Source of the DNA: Candidatus Poribacteria bacterium
Lineage (GTDB): Bacteria > Poribacteria > WGA-4E > PCPOR2b
DNA length: 64,000 nucleotides
NCBI GenBank assembly: GCA_965218095.1
Contig: OZ244587.1
Coordinates: 3,200,001 to 3,264,000, forward strand
Reading direction: 5' to 3'
The notes below the pieces were generated by a model. It saw nothing but the letters and a program-made list of their open reading frames with translations. It searched no databases and was not told the DNA's origin. The position numbers and the translations under genes were made by a program. This document shows, piece by piece, positions 19,189-28,231 of the stretch. Every line of letters starts with the position of its first letter. Within the stretch, counting starts at the first letter, position 1.

Positions 19189-19765
19189 ATGAAGCTGACT
19201 CGAACCATCAGGACTCAGATCAGCGAAGGGGGTGGGGTCAATTCAATCGGCGCCTATATTAGATAGAATTTACACGATAACCTTCAGCTTGAGAGGGGAA
19301 ATGATACCGGCGGAGATTGTCCTGAGTTCTGACACTCATCAAAAGATTGTGGAGGAATCGAAGGCTCAACAGGAAATCGGAACGGGAAAAGATCCGGTGT
19401 CGGTGCTTAAAGGTTACCTCTCAATTCCGATTACGATCCGAGAAGCGGATACAGACATTATCGTTGTAAAGGGACTTTATCCAAATCGTTGCCCCGTTTG
19501 TGGGCGTCACATTCCGTTCCTGCGGGAGATGATCGAGCGTATTGAATCCCACTCTATAAAACGCATCCGCTGTCCGCTAGGGCATCGGTATGAGGGGGAG
19601 ATCAAAATTTACCACTTGAACATCTTTCAGGAAGAACAATCGGAAACCGGGGCTGCTCAGATATGCCCACAGTGCGGGAGTGAAAACGTTCAGAATCTTA
19701 GCCAAACAGATGTCTTCTGTCTCGATTGCGAATGGGATAACCTGAAGCACATTTATGATCATTAG
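19189..19765 (+). CDS. Double Zn-ribbon protein; 5' end probably frameshifted in a G-run (alternative start ATG19301)
   Basis: CPVCG..CPLGH and CPQCG..CLDC; ATG19189 is out of frame by 1 nt near the GGGGG run at about 19228-19232. Confidence 0.6.
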
Positions 19766-19837
19766 ATGTGGGGTGGTTCATTTTACTATGTTATCACAAA
19801 ATAGATAGGAAACCTGCACAGCACCTCAAAAGCCCCA

Positions 19838-19897
19838 TGTAAAACGTGAAACGTAAAACGTAAAAATTTTACGCATTACGTTTTACGCAGTACGCGC
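19838..19897. repeat. Heptamer inverted hairpin array
   Basis: aaacgtg aaacgta aaacgta aaaat tttacgc attacgt tttacgc. Confidence 0.85.
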
Positions 19898-19971
19898 CAT
19901 GGATGTTGGGGGCGAATACCTTCTCAACAATTTAGTGATAGTACACCATTCTTTTTTCGTTTGCCTCAAAT

Positions 19972-20010
19972 AAAAAAGCCATGCTGGTACATATCAACAG
20001 CATGGCTTTT
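19972..20010. terminator. Intrinsic terminator downstream of groEL (probably bidirectional)
   Basis: AAAAAAGCCATGCTG...CAGCATGGCTTTT. Confidence 0.8.
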
Positions 20011-20048
20011 CCGTATTGTGCGGAAGTGTCGTCATATCCACAAGCGTA

Positions 20049-21680
20049 TCAGTGATGATGATGCCCGTGATGGTGGCCACCATCGTCCTTGGGCTCCTCC
20101 TCTACCTCGCTAACTAATGTTTCAGTCATTAACAACAATCCTGCTACGCTTGCACCGTTTTGAATCGCAGATCTGACAACCTTCGTCGGATCAACGATGC
20201 CCGCCTGAAGTAAATCTTCGTATTCACCCGTTGCTGCATTTAAGCCGTAGCCGCCCTCGCCATCTTTGACTCTGGCAGCAACGACGGATCCTTCCAAGCC
20301 CGCGTTTTCAGAAATCACCCGGGTTGGATATTCCAGGATCTTCCGGATAATATTCACACCCGTCTCTTGATCGCCTTCGAGATGGACATCCGCGAGCGCA
20401 GCGCCTGCTCTTAGCAGTGCAATGCCCCCACCGGGAACAACTCCTTCTTCGACAGCTGCGCGGGTTGCGGATAGGGCGTCATCAAACCGCGCCTTCTTCT
20501 CTTTCATTTCAGTTTCTGTTGCTGCGCCAACATTGACAACGGCAACACCACCAGCGAGTTTCGCAAGGCGTTCCTCTAACTTCTCCCGGTCGTAGTCGGA
20601 AGTCGTCTCCTCGATCTGCTGCCGAATCTGCTTAATCCGTTGCTGCACATCCTCTGTAGACCCGGTGCCGCCAATAATCGTTGTGTTATCTTTGTCAACA
20701 ACGACACGCCTAGCGCTTCCCAGCATGCCAACTACAACATTTTCCAACCGAATGCCGACGTCCTCTGAAATCACCTGTCCGCTAGTGAGAACACCAATAT
20801 CCCCAAGCATCTCCTTGCGGCGATCGCCGAAACCGGGGGCTTTCACGCCAACGGCCCTGAGACCGCCACGGAGTTTATTCACAACCAACACCGCTAAGGC
20901 TTCGCCTTCAATGTCTTCAGCAATAATAAGCAGTGGACGCCCAAGTTGAGCCACTTTTTCTAAAAGCGGCACCAGATCCCCAACCGCGCTGATTTTGTCA
21001 GTGTTAATCAGAATCAACGGATCTTCCAGTTCAACAACCATGCTCTCAAGGTCTGTCACAAAATGCGCGGAGAGATACCCTCGGTCGAACTGCATACCTT
21101 CAACAATGTCAATCTCTGTTTGGGCGCCCGTGCCATCTTCAATGGTAATTACGCCATCTTTGCCGACTTTATCCATCGCATTGGCGACTGTCTTACCGAT
21201 GTCGCTGTTATTTGCGTTATCGTTGGCTGCAATTGATGCTACCTGTGCAATTTCATCGTTTGTATTCACCGATTGACTCTGATTTTGGAGTGCATCAACC
21301 ACGATCTCAACGGCTTTGTCAATGCCGATCTTCAACTGCATCGGATCGGCGCCAGCAGCAACGTTTTTGAGCCCTTCCTGAACGATCTCTTGCGCTAATA
21401 CGGTTGCTGTGGTTGTGCCATCACCGACCGCATCATTGGTCTTGGTAGCCACCGATTGCAGCAATTGGGCGCCCATGTTTTCATAATGGTCCGGGAGTTC
21501 AATTTCTTTAGCGACCGTTACGCCGTCGCAGGTAATCACCGGCGCCCCGAAAGATTTCTGGAGCACAACATTCCTTCCGCGAGGCCCCAAAGTGACTCTC
21601 ACCGCATTCGCCAGTGTATTGGCGCCACGCTTGAGAGCATTCCTTGCCTCCACATCAAAAATCAACTGCTTTGCTGCCAT
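20049..21680 (-). CDS. groEL: Chaperonin GroEL with His-rich C-terminus
   Basis: [43 protein letters not shown]; ends [10 protein letters not shown]. Confidence 0.98.
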   Translation of the reverse strand: MAAKQLIFDVEARNALKRGANTLANAVRVTLGPRGRNVVLQKSFGAPVITCDGVTVAKEIELPDHYENMGAQLLQSVATKTNDAVGDGTTTATVLAQEIVQEGLKNVAAGADPMQLKIGIDKAVEIVVDALQNQSQSVNTNDEIAQVASIAANDNANNSDIGKTVANAMDKVGKDGVITIEDGTGAQTEIDIVEGMQFDRGYLSAHFVTDLESMVVELEDPLILINTDKISAVGDLVPLLEKVAQLGRPLLIIAEDIEGEALAVLVVNKLRGGLRAVGVKAPGFGDRRKEMLGDIGVLTSGQVISEDVGIRLENVVVGMLGSARRVVVDKDNTTIIGGTGSTEDVQQRIKQIRQQIEETTSDYDREKLEERLAKLAGGVAVVNVGAATETEMKEKKARFDDALSATRAAVEEGVVPGGGIALLRAGAALADVHLEGDQETGVNIIRKILEYPTRVISENAGLEGSVVAARVKDGEGGYGLNAATGEYEDLLQAGIVDPTKVVRSAIQNGASVAGLLLMTETLVSEVEEEPKDDGGHHHGHHHH

Positions 21681-21814
21681 ATCCCTCCTCCTTATTTATG
21701 TGTTTTGAGTTTTCTTTCTTTCACGTCTCACGTTTATCTTCCTTGCGCTGCACACATTTCTCATCACTTTGAAAGACAGATTTATGATAGAACGATTCCA
21801 AAAATCAAGATCTG

Positions 21815-21841
21815 TTAGCACTCCCCTTCAGTGAGTGCTAA
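21815..21841. promoter_or_regulatory. CIRCE element (HrcA operator)
   Basis: Perfect TTAGCACTC-N9-GAGTGCTAA. Confidence 0.97.
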
Positions 21842-21852
21842 AAACAAATGTA

Positions 21853-21881
21853 ATTATATCATTACTGTTTCCCAAAGTCAA
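21853..21881 (-). promoter_or_regulatory. groEL sigma70 promoter
   Basis: TTGACT-N17-TATAAT with extended TG, directly upstream of CIRCE. Confidence 0.85.
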
Positions 21882-22992
21882 CCTGAATCTCAGAAAGATA
21901 CAAATTCTCCACGCATGGGTTCAATCGAGTTTACCGAGTGGCTGACCCAGAAAAAACAGGTCCAGACAAACTTCGAGTATGAGTCGTTGGCAAATGCTCA
22001 CGGGTTTGCCGACGACTGAGTAGAGCCACCTCCTTCAGACTGAACACATCAGCGATACATCAAGCCAAATAGCACACAAAGCGATACTCAAAAACAGATA
22101 ATAGCCATAGCTGCTTCAGCCATATTCACAATAAGCGTAAACCCAAAGAAACGTCCGCAACAACTCAATGCTAAGCTGCCGTGTGGGAGACACCCCCAGA
22201 TAATCAAACAGGCGTGACACTGCTTGAGAATAAAACAAAAACAACAGGTTACAAACGGTAAACAGAATCAACAACACCGCCACTTGGGCATGAGGATGGT
22301 GAGAATAGATTCTTTTCGTCACGATTGTCTGATTGGCGGCTTTAAACCCATTATTCTCGACATCCCATCGCAGATGCGCTAATTCTCTCAACTCTTCTGG
22401 CACGAGAGATGTCGCCGTCGTGACCACCCAGAAGGTTAGGACTTCGCCCGTCCGTATGACGACCTCTTCGACTTTGGCGACCGTCAGTGAGGCATTGATG
22501 TCTCGGTGAAAAAAACCATCGGCTTGTGTGATTTGATAGCTCCGCATTCGCATCGTGTCAACGCCACAGCGGGTAACAATGTCGAAGACGGGGTCATCTT
22601 TGGCGGCAAACAGCCCTTCAGCATCTTGTATAATGCGAAGGGTTATATCATCGGTTTTGATCCGCACATCACTTTTCAGTTCGTCGAGACATAGATTGAA
22701 AAATGGGGCATTGAGGTAGAGCCCGTCGCCGAGAATCAGATTGACAAATCCTACCCCCAGTTTTGCTTTCAACCGACGCAGCAGCGCATAACTAGCGGGG
22801 AGTTCCTTGCCCCGTTTTTCGTAGGGTTCTAAATCGACCATCAGGCTGACCGGACCCACAATTTCAAAGTAACTAGGTTCTGTTGACATTTCAACGGAGC
22901 CATATAAGAGTGGAGACAAAGCTGAGAAATCCAAAATAACGGACAGCTAGCTTCTCAAACCGAGAGAAGATACGACGATACCATTTTATCTT

Positions 22993-23869
22993 TGGTAGAT
23001 CTTAGAATTAATGGTACATTTGAATAATATCGTGAAGTGTGGTTTCGGGGTGATATTCTCGGTATCGCTTGATATTGGCAAAATCGTGTTCAATCGGATT
23101 GTAATCTGGAGAATAAGGCGGTAGGAACATCAGACTCGCTCCTGAAGCCTCTATCAACTCTCGGGTCCGAGGTGTTTTGTGAAGCCGCACATTATCAAGG
23201 ATTACAACCTGTTTTGAAGTCAAACGTGGACATAACTGTTCAGCTAACCAGTCATTGAAATCTACCGCTTTGCAGCTCCCTTTGAACACCCGTGCCGCAA
23301 TAAGTGTCGCTGTCCGGGTGCGTTGGCTTGAGATAAGTCCAAAGACTTTTTCCCCTTTGGGTGCATACCCATAACGTCTATAACTTTCGTCTCGAAACCC
23401 ACTCTCATCGACATAAACAAAAGACTTACCAGAGGCTTTCACTTGTGCGAGTTGCTGAAGATACGCTTGTCGTTTTTCAGCGCATTGCTCCTTATATCCG
23501 AGACTTTTTTTTCGGGTGCAACCGATATTTTTCAGCCCATACCCGATACAAGACTTTGACACACCAAAATGAGCTGCGCGCTCGGCGTAGGTCTGGTCTG
23601 GAAAATCAGCGACATGTTTTCTCAGCGCATCGGGGTCAAGGGTTCGCGGGCGACGGGGCCCTGGTTTCTGACGTTTGAGCGGGTCAGGCGCATTCAACCA
23701 CTTATACAGTGTTGAGCGGGCGACGGAAAAACGGCGGCTCGCTTCGGTCTTGCCACCGCCAGCTACGATAAAATCTAAGACGCGTTTGCGTAAATCTAAA
23801 GAATAGGCCATAATAACTATAGGATACCAGCAATATAAGAAAATGTCTACTTATTTATAGGGTTCGCCA
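22993..23869 (-). mobile_element. IS630-family element inserted in IS5 OrfB
   Basis: Imperfect TIRs TGGCGAACCCTATAAATAAGTAGACATTT / TGGTAGATCTTAGAATTAATGGTACATTT; splits the FINK|IKW codons of IS5. Confidence 0.85.
23008..23811 (-). CDS. IS630-family transposase
   Basis: MAYSLDLRKRV HTH, YVDESGF, VILDNVRLH, FLPPYSPDYNPIE; may have a short internal deletion. Confidence 0.9.
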   Translation of the reverse strand: MAYSLDLRKRVLDFIVAGGGKTEASRRFSVARSTLYKWLNAPDPLKRQKPGPRRPRTLDPDALRKHVADFPDQTYAERAAHFGVSKSCIGYGLKNIGCTRKKSLGYKEQCAEKRQAYLQQLAQVKASGKSFVYVDESGFRDESYRRYGYAPKGEKVFGLISSQRTRTATLIAARVFKGSCKAVDFNDWLAEQLCPRLTSKQVVILDNVRLHKTPRTRELIEASGASLMFLPPYSPDYNPIEHDFANIKRYREYHPETTLHDIIQMYH

Positions 23870-25418
23870 TTGTTGATGAAACATTCAACCAGATGTCTCT
23901 CTTTAGTATAAGTGTTTGTCATACGTTCTTTGGTCAACACGATGACTTTTTGGCGGTATCACCGCAATCGCTCCATTCGCCTCAATAACAGCGATAAAAG
24001 CGTCCGAATCGTACCCCTTGTCTCCAATCACATATTCACTGTTGTATCCGATTATCAACCCTTCCGCCTCAGTTATGTCATGTCTCTGACCGGGTGTCAG
24101 ATGAATTCTTAGGGGATTGCCTAGTCCGTCAACGGTGATGTGATTTTTTGTACTGAAACCGCCCCGAGACCGACCTAATGCTTGGTTTTCAGTGCCACCG
24201 GTTTTTTTAAGGTGCCAGCTTTTTAAGGCGCCCGCCGCAGACGGGTGAGCGCGGCAGATGGTACTGTCCACAATAAGCGACTCGATATCGGGGTCAGAGG
24301 CGAAGTGGTGGTGCATCTGTGTGAAGATACCTTTGTCGCACCATCGAGCAAACCGCTTGTAGCGGGTGTTCGATTTGCCATAGGTGTCTGGTAGAAGTCT
24401 CCATTGAGCCCCGCTACGAGTCACCCACAGGACGGCTTCGACGAAGCGGCGTGTAGCAGCTTCGTCGCCAACATAGATGGTGGGACAGCTAAGAAGAAAC
24501 CGGTATATCTTATTCCATTGTTCATCAGATAAGGTTATTGGCGTCATTCTTCTATTATGCCACAACCTTATACTCAAATGTCAACAGAACCTAGCTAACA
24601 GCCGCCCAAACCCACTGTCATCAATGATGCCGATACGCGGTTTGCCGCTACGCAACTAGCATTTACTGTGGCCGGATAAAACGTCCAAGCGGTAGGAGTC
24701 GAGCAAGGTCTGACGCAAGGCAGAGAGTTGCATTTGCTCTAGGGTACGGGCCATGGTGCTATCACTGGTGACGGAGGTTTTCCGTCGAAACCACCGTTTG
24801 CCAATCGGAGTCCGCAGCATGCGGTCACATGAAAGCAGGTGCCCCCCAGCCCATCGCACCCATCAGAAAAACCGTTGAAAAGACAGTTGATGGAGGGATA
24901 TCGGCGGTCTCCCGCGTATCTCGGACGGTAGCTGCTTTGTGGGAAAGATGAAACTGTTGTTCACAGAAAGCACGAAAATCCGGTAATTTTGTCGTTGTTA
25001 TCGGTCTCACCTCCTTTCGATTGGTAGTTTTGGGGTGAATGTATCGCCGAATCATTTCATCGCAAAGTTTACGACCGATAACACCGAAATTCAACCTGTT
25101 TTTTCTCGTGGGGAATTTCTATCAGAAAGATTCAGTTTTATTGCTTGCCCACACCTGCAATCCGTGATAGAATTATTCCGATGTAATTGCACGTCATGGT
25201 GCATCAAAGCTCACGGATGCCACAGATTGGGCAATTTTTCTCTTGTCCTGCAACAATTCAAACGTGTAACCATGCAAATGACATCATCTACTGCTATGGT
25301 ATAGCCTTTGCGTGAAGCATAAGGGGAAATGGAAGATACCAGCAGTCTCGCAGATCTAACAAGAAACTGCGTGATGAGAACCCCTTATACAAATTAGGTG
25401 TAGAAAGGAGGACGAAAA

Positions 25419-26567
25419 TTGAACAGCATATTTCTGAAAGACATGGCTTATCGCAGGGCAAGGGTGATTCTGACCACGGTTGGCATCACCATGTTGATTG
25501 CCCTCATTTTGATGTTAGGGGGAATCATGAACGGTATGCGTATCCAGGCACAGCAGTACCCTAAATTCACAGGGGCGAATATTTGGATCTCCGCAGAAGG
25601 CTCTGGCAGCGCATTTATCGGTTTTTCACTGCTTGTCCCAGAGCACCTTGCCTATCTTGACGGTGCTCCGCCCTTGAAGCCAAAATCCGTGTCACCGCTT
25701 GTTTTTGCACGCGCGCGGCCTGTGATCCGAGGAAAACTTGGCAAAGCGGTTGTCGTGGGATATAAGGCTGGCAAATTGGGAGGTCCGACACAGTTTGAGG
25801 TAACCGAGGGACGATTGTTTACCGCCAGCGAATATGAGGAATGGGCGGAAGCAGATATCCCGCCGCGTGAGGTTGTCGTTGATGAAAAGATGAACCTTGA
25901 AATTGGGGAACGGATTTCGATCGGGAATAAAGACCTCAAAGTGGTTGGAAAAGCAAAGAGCCTAATGTTTGTCCTCGATACGCCGCTGCTGTTCATGGAT
26001 CTTCGCACTGCACAAGAAGTGCTGCTAAAAAACTCGCTCCACGTCAATATGATGGTAGCCCAAACAGCGAAGGGATATACTCCTGAACAAGCCGCAAAGG
26101 ACATCGAAAGCTTCGATGCAGAGTTCAAAACGATTGATGTGCGCACCCTTGAGCAAACACTTGGCGATATTATCGATACCTATGTGGATGAACCGATGAA
26201 GGCTGTTCAATTCCTGCGGGTGATGCTCTGGCTTGCCGCGGGCCTTATCGTCGGAATGATCACCTACGTCACAACGCTCGAAAAGACGCAGGAGATTGGT
26301 GTCCTCAAAGCGATTGGCGCGTCAGATTTTTACGTTGCATCATTGCTACTCAAGCAGGTCGCTCTGATGTCGGTGATTGGTGTCATTTGTGGAGTGATTT
26401 TGTCGTACACCTTTGCTGTCGCTGCTCCAATCTTCGTTTCAATTCACCCGATTGAATCGGGTGTTGTGGCGCTTATCAGCTTTGTCGTGTGTTGCGCCGG
26501 CGGTTACCTCGCTGGACGAAAAGCAATCACTGTCGATCCAATGGTCGCATTTAGAGGAGAAGTTTGA
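25419..26567 (+). CDS. ABC transporter permease (MacB/FtsX-like)
   Basis: N-terminal TM, periplasmic domain, EKTQEIGVLKAIGAS, VDPMVAFR. Confidence 0.9.
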   Translation: MNSIFLKDMAYRRARVILTTVGITMLIALILMLGGIMNGMRIQAQQYPKFTGANIWISAEGSGSAFIGFSLLVPEHLAYLDGAPPLKPKSVSPLVFARARPVIRGKLGKAVVVGYKAGKLGGPTQFEVTEGRLFTASEYEEWAEADIPPREVVVDEKMNLEIGERISIGNKDLKVVGKAKSLMFVLDTPLLFMDLRTAQEVLLKNSLHVNMMVAQTAKGYTPEQAAKDIESFDAEFKTIDVRTLEQTLGDIIDTYVDEPMKAVQFLRVMLWLAAGLIVGMITYVTTLEKTQEIGVLKAIGASDFYVASLLLKQVALMSVIGVICGVILSYTFAVAAPIFVSIHPIESGVVALISFVVCCAGGYLAGRKAITVDPMVAFRGEV

Positions 26568-26595
26568 GGCGTGAACCTTGATAGGGAGGAGTCAG

Positions 26596-27270
26596 ATGGG
26601 AATCGTTGTCGAAGGAAAAGGATTAACAAGGCATTTTGGCGAGGGAGATGCGAGGGTTGTGGCTGTTGACCAAGTTGATATTGCCATCGAAGAGAGCGAA
26701 TTGGTGATGTTCATGGGAGACAGCGGTTGTGGTAAGACGACGCTGATCAGTCTGCTCGGTTGTATCCTCACACCGAGCGAAGGTGATGTCTGGATTGATG
26801 GGGGACAGATCGATTACGAAAATCAAGACCTGTCCCGACTCCGTAGCGAGAAGATCGGCTTTGTATTTCAACTTTTCAACCTTATCCCGTACCTAACGGC
26901 GATAGAAAATGTGATGATCGCCATGGGCATTGGCGGTCTAAAGGGCTACGAAGCGGAGAAGCGCGCGAAGAAACTTCTCACTCAGGTTGGGTTGGAACAG
27001 CGTTTGTACCATCGGCCCGCACAGCTTTCGGGGGGCGAAAAGCAACGCGTCTCCTTTGCACGCGCACTTGCCAACAACCCCAAAATTATCTTTGCCGATG
27101 AGCCGACCGCGAATCTTGACAGTCGGCAGAGCGCAAATTTGATGAGCCTTGTCCGTGAACTGCGCCAGGAACGCCAAACGACAATCGCGATTGTGACCCA
27201 CCACGAGGACTTAAAGAAGGATGCGAATCGGGTCATCCAGATGAAAGATGGTCGGATTGTGTCAGGGTAG
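26596..27270 (+). CDS. ABC transporter ATP-binding protein (LolD/MacB-like)
   Basis: GDSGCGKTT, IGFVFQLFNL, LSGGEKQRV, ADEPTANLD. Confidence 0.95.
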   Translation: MGIVVEGKGLTRHFGEGDARVVAVDQVDIAIEESELVMFMGDSGCGKTTLISLLGCILTPSEGDVWIDGGQIDYENQDLSRLRSEKIGFVFQLFNLIPYLTAIENVMIAMGIGGLKGYEAEKRAKKLLTQVGLEQRLYHRPAQLSGGEKQRVSFARALANNPKIIFADEPTANLDSRQSANLMSLVRELRQERQTTIAIVTHHEDLKKDANRVIQMKDGRIVSG

Positions 27271-27406
27271 CATACGATGTGGACGATGTTGTTGAGTGAG
27301 TTGTTCGTGGTCTTCTGAGGCGGTTATACTATCCCCGTATTCGATTTTTTTACCGAATGCTCCAAAAAGCCAGCATTGACGCATAAGGTGTTCCGAATGT
27401 TGAGTC

Positions 27407-27949
27407 TTAGTTGGTAGCAATCACTTTGGTCATATCAATGACATCGCATTCTGAGCCGTCGTCCATCAGTATCCATCCCACGCGGCGTCCGCACTGCTGG
27501 TACCCAACCTTTTGGTAAACGTGTATTCCAGCATGATTTGCGGACCAAACGGTCAGGTGAAGCCGTTTGGCGCCAAGACGACGAGACGCTTCCTCAAGCA
27601 CCCACATCAACTGCGTGCCAATCCCCATACCCTGGACACGACCCACCAGTGCCAAGCCGACCGAGTAGTAGTTGTGTCCGCTTTTATTCGTAAATCCTTC
27701 ACCCACCAGTTCACCTTCTCGCTCGACGAAAAGATAACTCAGCTTGTGCTGCTTCAGGCCGACGAGTATATCCGCGAGCATCCGACCCCCCGACTCACGA
27801 TCCAACTTCAGGCGTCTACACATGACTTTCTCTCGCGTCAACGTCAGGTGCATCTCGATAAATGCGTCCAGGTCGCTCCAGCGAGGGTAACGAAAAATGG
27901 TCTCCACACCGCTCGCCTGAAACGCTTTGAAAACCTTTCCTTCCTGCAT
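27407..27949 (-). CDS. GNAT N-acetyltransferase
   Basis: VQGMGIGTQL acetyl-CoA motif, NHAGIHVYQKVGY; GGAGG RBS. Confidence 0.85.
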   Translation of the reverse strand: MQEGKVFKAFQASGVETIFRYPRWSDLDAFIEMHLTLTREKVMCRRLKLDRESGGRMLADILVGLKQHKLSYLFVEREGELVGEGFTNKSGHNYYSVGLALVGRVQGMGIGTQLMWVLEEASRRLGAKRLHLTVWSANHAGIHVYQKVGYQQCGRRVGWILMDDGSECDVIDMTKVIATN

Positions 27950-28075
27950 CGTTGAGAATACCTCCTGTGGCTGATTCAATGCCCCGTATTGTAGCACGAT
28001 TCCAAAATAAATGGAACAGGAATTTCGTTGCTAGTACCAGTTTGAAAAAGTCCAGTCCTCAACCTCCAGATGATG

Positions 28076-28208
28076 TAGGACTTACGTAGCTGATATGCAG
28101 AACATGCAGTTTCACAGGATCTTGAATCATGACTCCTGAATCTGATTCAAGATACAGAGGACACAAGAGGTTGTGGGTTAATCAACTTATGCAATTGCGT
28201 AAGTCCTG
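28076..28208. mobile_element. MITE-like element
   Basis: TIRs TAGGACTTACGTA / TGCGTAAGTCCTG; flanks TGATG / TAATG; internal heptamer palindrome. Confidence 0.65.
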
Positions 28209-28231
28209 TAATGGTTGGTTAATACAATATC

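Larger units (their letters stand above)
22876..24591 (-). mobile_element. Second IS5 (IS427-like) copy, degenerate, inserted at CTAG in the DDE transposase
   Basis: Same TIR as 7580-8399; TA duplicated at 22874-22875 and 24592-24593; transposase has a small duplication and a frameshift. Confidence 0.92.
21899..25121 (-). mobile_element. DDE (IS4/ISNCY-like, DDE_Tnp_1) IS, outer layer of a triple nest; transposase broken
   Basis: TIRs TACAAATTCTCCACG / (rc) TAGAAATTCCCCACG; 9-bp TSD TCAGAAAGA at 21890-21898 and 25122-25130; transposase pieces about 24594-25010 and 22116-22873 (GDGLYLNAPF, RWDVENNGFK). Confidence 0.85.
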
